Part shown: positions 18,504 to 27,519 of the stretch, piece after piece | Layout of the letters: each line of letters starts with the position of its first letter | Numbering within the stretch: position 1 is the first letter of the stretch | Source: Candidatus Methanomethylophilaceae archaeon | GTDB lineage: Bacteria > Bacillota_I > Bacilli_A > Erysipelotrichales > Erysipelotrichaceae | Direction: 5' to 3' | Length of the DNA: 30,917 bases | Assembly: GCA_963593105.1 (NCBI GenBank) | Contig: CAVBAX010000002.1 | Coordinates: 1-30,917 of the forward strand | Made by a program: the position numbers and the translations under genes | Notes under the pieces: model-generated | What the model saw: the letters and a program-made list of their open reading frames with translations, nothing else | What the model was told of the DNA's origin: nothing | The model's database searches: none

Positions 18504-20143
18504 TTACTTAATGCATCCTCATATAAATAATAATTATCAATATAGCTGCCAGAGTTCCAAACGATATAGCCATTATCATAAATACCACTATCAATTAGGC
18601 CATTAATTTGATCAAGCAACTTTTCATTATCATAGACCACATATGGTTCTTTAATTGAATTATAGCCTTGAATAAAAGTGCGCACCCTAGCAGCATTAGG
18701 TGTTATATTTTGCATATTCAAAGCTTGCTTGCCCCAAGCGCATAATAGTTTATAAGGAACTGTCCAAACAATTTCTTCGATATCATAAGCATGAGCGCCA
18801 AAATGATCTGGATAAGGCATTGGCGAAATAACATCCACTACACTTGAAATAGCGGGCCAATATTGGCCATATGCCGTCACATAATTATTGCTAGTCTCGC
18901 CAAAGACATCAGCTGAAACATAAGCATGCAAATCATGAATCTCATCGCAAGCATACATTAAAAATCTTTGGATTGCTTGACTTCTTGTTTCATTATAAGT
19001 GTTTTGTAGATCCAGCGCATTTAAAGTATCAGCATAATAATCAATTTGTTCAGGAAATCTTACATAATCAAATTCAATTTCATTAAAACCTAAATCACTA
19101 ACGGCTTCTTTGCCAATTTGTACATTATATTCCCATACTTCTCTTTTGTATGCACTAGGCCAATAAGAACCACCATATTCAAAGGGATTTGAGTCATCAT
19201 TTAAATCAAGTATGGCATATTCAGGATGATCTATCATATAGTTTCTATCCTTGAATACTGTAATACGACCAACCATATAGATACCAGCTTGCTTTACTTT
19301 ATCAAGTTGTGTTTTAAACTCCTCTTTAGTAAAATAAGCAGCATCGTAACTACTAGGCGAATTATCTTTCATCACATCAGACTTATAAGAGATAATATGA
19401 GCATCTTTAATATCAATCACAAAAGTATTAACACTAGTCATTTTAGCTAATTCAATATAATCTTCTATATCTTTCATAGCTTCCCTGTTAATATATAAGC
19501 TCTTGCATACTTCAGGCATTACATTATCTATAAAACTTACTTTCTCAGTGTTACTATAATCAAGCTTTGCTGCACTACCTGCGCCATAAGGATTATCGGT
19601 ATTATTTAAAAAGTCATTGGTTTCATTCAACATAGATTCATCATCTGTTAAATACTTACTTCTAATATAACCGCCATCATACTTATAACGATCTACACTA
19701 CCGTCTTCATTAACTGGACTGTGACCTGTAATAACAATATTTTCGCCTTTATAAGCAATACCTTCTATAGAACTACCGCTTTCATTTTTATAAGTAGTGC
19801 AAGTACGATATACAAATAAATTAGTAGTTAAAACACAATCTTTTTTCTCGCTTACTAATGAATTGGCAGATACATAATAAGTGTTATTATCGACATATAT
19901 TTTAGATAGTTGCCCATCATCTATAGTTTTAGTTTCATTAGACAATAAAACTTCTTTTCCTCTTGGAAAAGTATAGATATTGCCATCTACATCTACTACC
20001 TCTGTTAGATTATTGTTGCTGGCAAGATACATCGTTGTAGTCTTTTCGTTATTTAATAAAAAATACGCTAAAGAAACACCCAATATAAGCCCAATCAAAG
20101 CAAATGATAATAATATATTTTTATAAATTCTTCTTTTTCGCAT
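18500..20143 (-). CDS. Membrane-anchored putative glycoside hydrolase (DUF4015-like)
   Basis: N-terminal TM; NTFVIDIKD, GRITVFKD, WEYNV, GFNEIEFDYVRFP, SADVFG, SPMPYPDHF. Confidence 0.8.
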   Translation of the reverse strand: MRKRRIYKNILLSFALIGLILGVSLAYFLLNNEKTTTMYLASNNNLTEVVDVDGNIYTFPRGKEVLLSNETKTIDDGQLSKIYVDNNTYYVSANSLVSEKKDCVLTTNLFVYRTCTTYKNESGSSIEGIAYKGENIVITGHSPVNEDGSVDRYKYDGGYIRSKYLTDDESMLNETNDFLNNTDNPYGAGSAAKLDYSNTEKVSFIDNVMPEVCKSLYINREAMKDIEDYIELAKMTSVNTFVIDIKDAHIISYKSDVMKDNSPSSYDAAYFTKEEFKTQLDKVKQAGIYMVGRITVFKDRNYMIDHPEYAILDLNDDSNPFEYGGSYWPSAYKREVWEYNVQIGKEAVSDLGFNEIEFDYVRFPEQIDYYADTLNALDLQNTYNETRSQAIQRFLMYACDEIHDLHAYVSADVFGETSNNYVTAYGQYWPAISSVVDVISPMPYPDHFGAHAYDIEEIVWTVPYKLLCAWGKQALNMQNITPNAARVRTFIQGYNSIKEPYVVYDNEKLLDQINGLIDSGIYDNGYIVWNSGSYIDNYYLYEDALSK

Positions 20144-20159
20144 ATATCAATAATAAAAC

Positions 20160-20186
20160 AAAAAAATGGTGGTTGCCCACCATTTT
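20160..20186 (-). terminator. Intrinsic terminator after aminopeptidase
   Basis: AAAATGGTGG-GCAA-CCACCATTTT followed by a T-run. Confidence 0.85.
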
Positions 20187-20188
20187 AA

Positions 20189-21562
20189 CTATTTAATATC
20201 TTTCAAGAAAACCTTATAAGCTAAATAAGCTTCATAAATATCGACTTTACTTGTAACTTCATACATCGCATGCATGTTTTGAACAGCTACACCTGCATCA
20301 ATTACTTCTACATCCTTATTAGCTAATATGTAAGCGATAGTACCACCGCCGCCTTGATCTACCTTACCAAGTTCACTTGTTTGATAAGCAACATTATTAT
20401 CATCAAGAACCTTTCTAATCTTAGCGATAAATTCTGGATTAGCGTCATTACTGCCACTTTTACCTCTTGAACCGGTATATTTGTTAAAGACAATGCCCTT
20501 ACCAAATTCGGCATTATTGTGATTTGGTGAAGTAACGCTTGGATAGTTAGGATCATGTGCTGCACTAACATCACTTGACAACATGAAACTGCCTCTTAAG
20601 CATCTTCTAATATTTAATTCGCTATATTGACCAGCTTTATCCATAAGTTCAGCTAACGCATTTTCAAAAGCACTAGAGCACATACCAGTATTGCCTTGTG
20701 AACCTACCTCTTCCTTATCCGATAAAATACAACAGCTTGTTCTTTCAGGTTTTTGAACCTCTAAGATAGCTCTTAAAGAAGTATAAGCACAAACATTATC
20801 ATCTTGACCATAGGCCATTACCATGCTTCTATCTAATCCATAGTCTCTAGCTTTGCCAGAAGGAACTACTTCAATTTCAGCAGAAATAAAATCTTCTTCT
20901 TCGATATCATATTTTTCTTTTAATAAAGCTAAAATATTTTTCTTAACAAGTTCTTTTTCATTTTCCTTACCGCTTGCAGGAATCGAACCGAATAAAACAT
21001 TTAAATCTTCACCTTCTACAACATTAGCACCACTCTTTTTCATTTGGTCAGCAGCTAAATGAATTAATAAATCAGAAATGCCAACAACTGGATCATCATC
21101 CTTTTCACCAATTACTACTTTTACTGTGCTTCCATCTTTTTTGCATACAACACCATGTAAAGCTAAAGGTTGGGCTACCCATTGATACTTTTTAATACCA
21201 CCATAATAGTGAGTATCTAATAATACCAAACCTGAATCTTCATATAGCGGATGTTGTTTAAGATCAAGACGAGGAGAATCAACATGAGCACCTAAAATAT
21301 TTAAGCCTTCACTAATATCTTTACTACCAACAACAAATAAAAATAAAGATTTGCCACGATTATTAAAATATAGTTTATCACCAGCTTTAACCTTTTTAAC
21401 ATTCATTAAATCTTTAAAACCAGCTTTACTTGCAAGTTCAATAGAGTTTTCAACTGTTTCTCTTTCGGTTTTTGAAACAGACATAAAATCAATATATTCT
21501 TTGCCAAATTCCATAACTGGTTTCACTTTATTACCAGCATATTTTTTCCAAACGTTTTCCAT
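20189..21562 (-). CDS. apeA: M18 family aminopeptidase
   Basis: GAHVDSPRLDLK, THYYGGIKKYQW, YGQDD, DKEEVGS, KYTGSRGKSG, MHA. Start revised to MENVW at 21562. Confidence 0.9.
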   Translation of the reverse strand: MENVWKKYAGNKVKPVMEFGKEYIDFMSVSKTERETVENSIELASKAGFKDLMNVKKVKAGDKLYFNNRGKSLFLFVVGSKDISEGLNILGAHVDSPRLDLKQHPLYEDSGLVLLDTHYYGGIKKYQWVAQPLALHGVVCKKDGSTVKVVIGEKDDDPVVGISDLLIHLAADQMKKSGANVVEGEDLNVLFGSIPASGKENEKELVKKNILALLKEKYDIEEEDFISAEIEVVPSGKARDYGLDRSMVMAYGQDDNVCAYTSLRAILEVQKPERTSCCILSDKEEVGSQGNTGMCSSAFENALAELMDKAGQYSELNIRRCLRGSFMLSSDVSAAHDPNYPSVTSPNHNNAEFGKGIVFNKYTGSRGKSGSNDANPEFIAKIRKVLDDNNVAYQTSELGKVDQGGGGTIAYILANKDVEVIDAGVAVQNMHAMYEVTSKVDIYEAYLAYKVFLKDIK

Positions 21563-21592
21563 ATATGTCCTTCTTTCCATCCGATATGATAT

Positions 21593-21622
21593 AAAAAAAA
21601 GAGCCATTTAACAATAGCTCTT
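21593..21622 (-). terminator. Terminator of tRNA operon
   Basis: AAGAGCTATT..AATGGCTCTT hairpin followed by a T-run, downstream of tRNA-Asp. Confidence 0.75.
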
Positions 21623-21633
21623 AATCTTACAAA

Positions 21634-21709
21634 TGGCGGTCACGATGGGAATCGAACCCACGATCTCCTCCGTGACAGGGAGGCATGTTAACCGCTACAC
21701 CACGTGACC
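21634..21709 (-). tRNA. tRNA-Asp(GTC)
   Basis: Cloverleaf GGTCACG...CT-GTC-AC...GGTTCGATTCC...CGTGACC-G-CCA. Confidence 0.97.
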
Positions 21710-21712
21710 ATC

Positions 21713-21786
21713 TGGAGCAGATGAAGGGAATCGAACCCTCGTGTCGACCTTGGCAAGGTCGCGTTCTACCATTGAACTACATCTGC
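21713..21786 (-). tRNA. tRNA-Gly(GCC)
   Basis: GCAGATG...TT-GCC-AA...GGTTCGATTCC...CATCTGC-T-CCA. Confidence 0.97.
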
Positions 21787-21794
21787 ATATTTTC

Positions 21795-21885
21795 TGGCGA
21801 AGAAGGAGGGATTTGAACCCTCGCGCCGGAAACCCGACCTAAGGCCTTAGCAGGGCCTCCTCTTCGGCCTCTTGAGTACTTCTTC
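21795..21885 (-). tRNA. tRNA-Ser(GCT)
   Basis: GAAGAAG acceptor, AGGCC-CTGCTAA-GGCCT anticodon arm, long variable arm, G73, CCA. Confidence 0.95.
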
Positions 21886-21919
21886 AGCATTCACACTAGC
21901 TCTTAACTGGTGCCCATTA

Positions 21920-21949
21920 ATATTAACACATCTTTAAAATATTTGGCAA
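21920..21949 (-). promoter_or_regulatory. Sigma-A promoter of tRNA operon
   Basis: TTGCCA-18 nt-TAATAT with TG extension and A-rich upstream element. Confidence 0.7.
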
Positions 21950-22054
21950 GTGTTTTTTTAAAAAATTTAATTTTTTTGTGTAATTGCACTCAAGCTCTCC
22001 CTTATATAGCTTAACTATTATAGTTTAAAATAATTTTTAGGCTATAATTAATTC

Positions 22055-22528
22055 ATGTTTATCGCAAAATTTGAAAAAGTCACAAAAGAACAATTTTTGA
22101 AAGATTTAAATGATGAAGAAGCTTATGAAAAAATAAGCTTACCAACTCGTGCCACTAAAGGATCAGCTGGTTATGATTTTATATGCCCAATCAACATAAA
22201 TATCAAACCTAATGAAATGATTAAAATACCAACTGGCATTAGATGTTCTATGCAAGATGGCTATGTCTTAAACATATACCCTAGATCTTCACTTGGCAAC
22301 AAATATCAAATGTATCTTACAAACACTACCGGCATTGTTGATTCTGATTACTATAACGCTACAAATGAGGGCCATATCATCATTTCAATAGTAAACAAAG
22401 GCGATAAAGTTTTAAACATCAAACAAGGAGAGCGCTTTGTTCAAGGTGTCTTTTTAAAATACTATTTAGCTAATGAAGAAGAAGTAACATCTAAAAGAAC
22501 TGGGGGTTTTGGCTCAACCGGTAACTAA
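22055..22528 (+). CDS. dut: Trimeric dUTPase
   Basis: SAGYD, IPTG, PRSS, GIVDSDY, QG, RTGGFGSTG motifs. Confidence 0.96.
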   Translation: MFIAKFEKVTKEQFLKDLNDEEAYEKISLPTRATKGSAGYDFICPININIKPNEMIKIPTGIRCSMQDGYVLNIYPRSSLGNKYQMYLTNTTGIVDSDYYNATNEGHIIISIVNKGDKVLNIKQGERFVQGVFLKYYLANEEEVTSKRTGGFGSTGN

Positions 22529-22530
22529 AT

Positions 22531-22606
22531 GCGCCTATAGCTCAACGGATAGAGCGTTTGACTCCGATTCAAAAGGCTGTAGGTTCAATTCCTACTAGGC
22601 GCGCCA
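22531..22606 (+). tRNA. tRNA-Arg(CCG)
   Basis: GCGCCTA acceptor, TTTGA-CTCCGAT-TCAAA anticodon arm, GGTTCAATTCC T-arm, G-CCA. Confidence 0.93.
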
Positions 22607-22620
22607 ATGGAGAATTTTTT

Positions 22621-23358
22621 ATGTATATTGAAAGTCTACTTTACAACTCAAACATCTTAAATAAAGATATGCGCATTAACATCTATGGAACAAAAGGCCA
22701 ACCAATACTTGCCTTTCCTACCCAAGATTCAAAAGCCGATAACTATGAAAGCTTTGGCTTAATCGAACAAATAGCTGACTATATTAATAATGAACAAATT
22801 CAAGTCTTTGTCGTTGATTCTATTGATGAAGAAAGTTGGTCTAGTAAAGGCGAAAAAAGTTGGGCAAGCGCTAGACAAGAACAATACTTTAACTTTATCA
22901 CTAATGAGCTTGTACCATTTATTAAAGAAAAAGCACCCACAAAGAAGTCACCAATTACATTTGGTTGTTCAATGGGCGCCAATCACGCAACTATTTGTTT
23001 TTTAAGAAGACCAGATTTATTTGACGGCATGTTAGCTTTATCTGGTGTTTTTAACTCAAGATATTTTTATGGTGACTATACAGATGATAATCTATACAAT
23101 AACTCACCAGAATCTTTTATGAGCAATATGCCAAGTAATCACCGATATATAAACTTATACAACCAAAAGAAAATCATTTTCTGTATTGGCCAAGGCGCAT
23201 GGGAAGATCAAGGACTTCTAACCTATAAATACATGGAATATTTATTTAACCAAAAAGGCATCAATGCTTGGTTTGACTATTGGGGAAGCGATGTTGCCCA
23301 TGATTGGAATTGGTGGTTTAAACAAGTAAGATACTTCTTACCTTACTTGTTAGACTAA
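22621..23358 (+). CDS. Putative esterase (COG4947-type alpha/beta hydrolase)
   Basis: GCSMG nucleophile, GQGAWE, HDWNWW. Start revised to ATG 22621 (GGAG SD) because the track's start lies inside the tRNA. Confidence 0.88.
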   Translation: MYIESLLYNSNILNKDMRINIYGTKGQPILAFPTQDSKADNYESFGLIEQIADYINNEQIQVFVVDSIDEESWSSKGEKSWASARQEQYFNFITNELVPFIKEKAPTKKSPITFGCSMGANHATICFLRRPDLFDGMLALSGVFNSRYFYGDYTDDNLYNNSPESFMSNMPSNHRYINLYNQKKIIFCIGQGAWEDQGLLTYKYMEYLFNQKGINAWFDYWGSDVAHDWNWWFKQVRYFLPYLLD

Positions 23359-24540
23359 CTTAAGTAAATCCTTATAATATGCATTAAGCTCTTTCTCATT
23401 ATCTAGACAAGCTACATACATATAGTTTGCCATAGCTCCAGAAAGAGCTTCTTCAACTCTTCCCTTTAAAACAATCTTATCACCGTATTTTTTCATAATA
23501 GCTTCTTCATCCATCTTATGTTTTAAACCATCTCTAATGCCCGCAAAAGCACAAAAACAATGATTATCAGGATATTCAACAGTTAATTTATCAAACGCAA
23601 TCATATCAGCCCAAATCTTATAAACATTGACACCATGAGCATAATTCATCATCGTAGGCGAAATACCACCGCTTGGACGCATATTAACCTCAAGCGCGAC
23701 AATGTCACCTTTTTTACCTATATGCTGATCGAAGTTTAAACAAAAAAACTCAAAATGCACAAAACGTGACTTAACCCCAAACGCTTTTAGTGCGGCCTCA
23801 CCAGCCTTTTTAACATTTGCAGGAAGAACTTTACGAATATAGAAAGCTGAATCCGACAAAGTATTAACAACCTCAAGTAAAGAAACAGGAGTCACATTGC
23901 CAGTCTCAAATAAAGGCTTGCCCTTTGAATCAACAATCGCATCAAAAGATACGATAGTACCATCGATATATTCTTCCATGATATATAAAATATCAGGTTT
24001 AGTACCTAAGAAATGTCTTAAATCATCTTCATTATTAATCTTATAAGTTCCACAAGCTCCAACACCATTATCAGGTTTTGCGATAACTGGATAACCTACT
24101 TCCTTAATAAACTTTTGACAACCCTCCATATCCTTTACAAGATAATAGCGAGCTGTTGGAATATTAGCTAGTTTATATTTTTCCTTCATCTTAGACTTAA
24201 ACTTGACACATTCCATATCAACACTATGAAAGCTTGTATTGATATTAAAATCATCTCTAAGCTTAGCATCTTGTTCAAGCCAATATTCATTATTAGACTC
24301 TAGATAATCAATTTTTCCATACTTGAAACAAAAGAAAGCTACAGCTCTATAAACTGAATCATAATTTTCTAAAGAATCAACTTTATAGTATTCAAATAAG
24401 CTATCCTTAAGTTCATTACTCAAATTATCATATTCGCAATCACCAATGCCTAAAACCCTAATGCCATTATTTGTAAGTTCTCTACAAAAATTAAAATAAT
24501 TGCCAGGAAAATTTGGCGAAATAAACACAAAATTCTTCAT
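23350..24540 (-). CDS. ATP-grasp domain protein (carbamoyl-phosphate synthase-like, unknown function)
   Basis: FISPNFP, ESNNEYWLE, IAKPDNGVGA, MEEYI, FVHFEFF, LEVNMRP. Confidence 0.88.
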   Translation of the reverse strand: MKNFVFISPNFPGNYFNFCRELTNNGIRVLGIGDCEYDNLSNELKDSLFEYYKVDSLENYDSVYRAVAFFCFKYGKIDYLESNNEYWLEQDAKLRDDFNINTSFHSVDMECVKFKSKMKEKYKLANIPTARYYLVKDMEGCQKFIKEVGYPVIAKPDNGVGACGTYKINNEDDLRHFLGTKPDILYIMEEYIDGTIVSFDAIVDSKGKPLFETGNVTPVSLLEVVNTLSDSAFYIRKVLPANVKKAGEAALKAFGVKSRFVHFEFFCLNFDQHIGKKGDIVALEVNMRPSGGISPTMMNYAHGVNVYKIWADMIAFDKLTVEYPDNHCFCAFAGIRDGLKHKMDEEAIMKKYGDKIVLKGRVEEALSGAMANYMYVACLDNEKELNAYYKDLLKLV

Positions 24541-24544
24541 GAAA

Positions 24545-25303
24545 CTATTCTCCCCCTAAAATTAAATTGATAAAAACTGGAACTTGCTTTTCCCAACTCG
24601 CCTCATTATGTTCGCCGCCTTGAATAACTCTAACATTTAAATGAAGTGGTTTTCTTTTAAGTGCATCAATACAATTCCAGAAACTCTCAAACGCTCTTTT
24701 AGCAAACTTCGACTTACCTGCTTCTAAAGAACCATAATCTAAATAAATAATGGTATCTTCATTAATCTTGCTTTTTTTAGTTAAATTAACTAGTTTTTCA
24801 TTATCAACCCATAACGAAGGTGATAAACACACGGCTCTTGAAAAGATTTCATTATGTTTAAACAAAGCATAATAAGAAATTAAACCGCCCATACTAGAAC
24901 CACCAATATAAGTATGATGTCTATCGCTTAATGTAGGATAGTGATCATCAATATAAGGCTTTAGAACTTCAATTATCCACTTTACAAAGGTTTGACCTTG
25001 TCCTTTTATAAAACCATATTTGAAATCATCATAATCAAATGGTGAATATTCGCATAATCTTTCATTATTATGCCCCCTGCTAGAATCAATAGCGACCACA
25101 ATAAGTGGCACATTGTTATTTGTTAAATAATCATACATACCCCAAGACTTGCCATAGGTTGCATCATCATCAAAGAAAACATTTTGACCATCCATCATAT
25201 ATAAAACAGGACATTTATCTTCTATATCATCGGGTACATAAATTGTAAGAAATCTTTTTTCATCCCTTAAACAATCAATTGTAATCTCAAATCTTTCTAT
25301 CAT
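24545..25303 (-). CDS. Alpha/beta hydrolase (esterase family)
   Basis: PVLYMMDGQNVF, RLCEYSP, GSSMGG, HNEASW. Confidence 0.9.
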   Translation of the reverse strand: MIERFEITIDCLRDEKRFLTIYVPDDIEDKCPVLYMMDGQNVFFDDDATYGKSWGMYDYLTNNNVPLIVVAIDSSRGHNNERLCEYSPFDYDDFKYGFIKGQGQTFVKWIIEVLKPYIDDHYPTLSDRHHTYIGGSSMGGLISYYALFKHNEIFSRAVCLSPSLWVDNEKLVNLTKKSKINEDTIIYLDYGSLEAGKSKFAKRAFESFWNCIDALKRKPLHLNVRVIQGGEHNEASWEKQVPVFINLILGGE

Positions 25304-25304
25304 C

Positions 25305-26057
25305 TTAAAATCTCACAATCTTTAACTTATTAGGCGCCTTTTTAACATAGATATAATCATCTTTATTCACACTTATTGAATTAGACCCATCAATCGATAA
25401 AAACGCACTATCACGATTATCCCTGAAAGAATTAAGCTTAAAAGAAATATCATCATTATAAATCTTATAGTGACTGCTTCTATTAACTGGACAAATTGGT
25501 GTTAATACAATTTTTCCTTCTTCAATAATTGGCGCTCCAGCCGAATAAGAATAAGCACTAGAACCGGTTGGCGTACTTATAATTAAACCATCCGCAAAAT
25601 AAGAATTAATACTAGTTCCATCATCCACTTTTAATTTAATTGGAATATTAATATTAGACTTACAAATAACAACATCATTTAACGCATAGTGCACATCATC
25701 ATGTACTCTTACTTCTAACATGGTTCTTTTTTCAATTTTTGTATCAAAAGACAACTTATCAAGCTCATCTTTTCTTAAGCTTGTTAAATAACCTATACCG
25801 CCATAATTAATGCCCAATAGATTAACACCATGTTTATAAACAGGCTCAGCCACCTTAAGCATCGACCCATCACCACCAAGTGTTATAACCGTATCAACAT
25901 CATTTAATAATAAATCCAATTTATAATATGCTTCCTTTTTATCTAAAGCCTTATCAAACACAATAACTTCATAGTTATTTAAACGATTATAAACAGCACT
26001 TAACGCATTATCTTTATCCTTTAAATTAGGATTTACAATTAATAATATCTTATTCAT
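25305..26057 (-). CDS. nadK: NAD kinase
   Basis: LGGDGS, ALND, DGLIISTPTGSSAYSYSAG, IDG. Start taken as ATG 26057. Confidence 0.92.
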   Translation of the reverse strand: MNKILLIVNPNLKDKDNALSAVYNRLNNYEVIVFDKALDKKEAYYKLDLLLNDVDTVITLGGDGSMLKVAEPVYKHGVNLLGINYGGIGYLTSLRKDELDKLSFDTKIEKRTMLEVRVHDDVHYALNDVVICKSNINIPIKLKVDDGTSINSYFADGLIISTPTGSSAYSYSAGAPIIEEGKIVLTPICPVNRSSHYKIYNDDISFKLNSFRDNRDSAFLSIDGSNSISVNKDDYIYVKKAPNKLKIVRF

Positions 26058-27519
26058 CTTCAATCACCTTAATTTCACGACGTTTTTTATAAACAAACGG
26101 ACCAACAAGTACTAACATCGGAATTAATTCAAGTCTGCCTGCCAACATATCAAATATCAAAACAAGCTTAGAAAACCAATTGAAACAATTATAGTTTGAC
26201 ATAGGACCCGCTAAATTAAAGGCAGGGCCAATATTATTAAAACAAGAAGCTAAACCAGAAAAATTAGTCGTAAAATCAAGATTATTTAAACTTAACAAAA
26301 TTAATGAAATAAAGAAAATAAAGAAATAAATTGAAATATAAGAGCGAATTGAATTAACAAGCTCATCATTTACTCTTTTACCTTCAAAACGAATATGTTT
26401 TACTTCTCTTGGATAAATATATTTACGAATTGAATTCTTAAAATCCTTAGCCAATATTACAACTCTACTAACTTTAATACCGCCGCCTGTACTGCCAGCA
26501 CATGCCCCAACAAACATTAAAATCAATAAGATAGTCTTAGAAAATTCTGGCCATAAATTAAAATCATCAGAGGCAAAACCGGTTGTTGTTATAATTGCGC
26601 CAACTTGGAAAAAAGCATGTTTGAAACTATCAAACAAATTTCCAAACATTGGAAAAATATTGATCATAATTAGAATCGTTGAAATGGCAATGATACCTAA
26701 ATAACAACGCATTTCTTCACATTTAAAGGCGCTTTTAAAATCTTTGGCTAAAATAAAATAATAAACATTAAAATTAACACCAAACAATATCATAAAAATA
26801 GTAGTAACTATTTGAACAGAACTTGAATAAGAAACAAACGAGTCATTTAAAAGTCCAAAACCGCCCGTACCAGCTGTACCTAAAGCAATTAATAAGGATT
26901 CAAAGACCGACATTTTACAAATTAGTAAACAAATAAATTCTAAAAACGTCATGAAAGTATAAATGCCATATAAAATCTTAGCGGTTGAAGACAACTTTGA
27001 AACAAGCTTACCAACAGATGGACCAGGGGATTCAGCACGCATAATATAAATACCATTTCCTTCAGCTCCTGGTAATACTGCTAAGGCAAACACCAACATG
27101 CCCATGCCACCAATCCAATGGGTGAAACAACGCCAAAACAAAGTTGCGTGGCTTAAAGACTCTACATCATTCATAATAGTAGCGCCAGTTGTTGTAAAAC
27201 CAGACACAATCTCAAATAAGGCATCAATATAATTGGGAACCTCGTTTAATAATAAAAGCGGAATAGCTCCAATCAAAGAAAGTACAAGCCATGACAAAGC
27301 AACTATCATAAAACCTTCTTTGGCAAAAAAAACTTTTGATTTAGGTTTTTTAAAATAGCTAAACAAAGCAAAAACACCACTGAATAAACCAGTAATAAAG
27401 TATTCTATAAAACCTTCTTCATGGTATATTAGCGCAAACATAGAAGTTACTATTAAAAAGATAGCTTCAATACCCACACATAACCCAAGAGTATATCTAA
27501 CAAACGATTTATTCATCAT
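26050..27519 (-). CDS. trkH: Trk potassium uptake membrane protein
   Basis: SGFTTTGA, GTGGF, TTTGF, NNIGP pore motifs; GSTGGGIK; GRLE. Confidence 0.95.
   Translation of the reverse strand: MMNKSFVRYTLGLCVGIEAIFLIVTSMFALIYHEEGFIEYFITGLFSGVFALFSYFKKPKSKVFFAKEGFMIVALSWLVLSLIGAIPLLLLNEVPNYIDALFEIVSGFTTTGATIMNDVESLSHATLFWRCFTHWIGGMGMLVFALAVLPGAEGNGIYIMRAESPGPSVGKLVSKLSSTAKILYGIYTFMTFLEFICLLICKMSVFESLLIALGTAGTGGFGLLNDSFVSYSSSVQIVTTIFMILFGVNFNVYYFILAKDFKSAFKCEEMRCYLGIIAISTILIMINIFPMFGNLFDSFKHAFFQVGAIITTTGFASDDFNLWPEFSKTILLILMFVGACAGSTGGGIKVSRVVILAKDFKNSIRKYIYPREVKHIRFEGKRVNDELVNSIRSYISIYFFIFFISLILLSLNNLDFTTNFSGLASCFNNIGPAFNLAGPMSNYNCFNWFSKLVLIFDMLAGRLELIPMLVLVGPFVYKKRREIKVIEDE

Noticed and set aside
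21634..22606. tRNAs as integration sites of a genomic island
   Set aside because: No integrase and no duplicated tRNA 3' end seen in the window; flanks are housekeeping genes.
22558..22620. N-terminal extension of esterase ORF in the track
   Set aside because: Lies within tRNA-Arg; ATG 22621 has an SD.
19226..23005. Short ORFs at 19226, 20359, 20853, 21351, 22790 and 22800
   Set aside because: Nested in or antisense to conserved genes, with no independent support.
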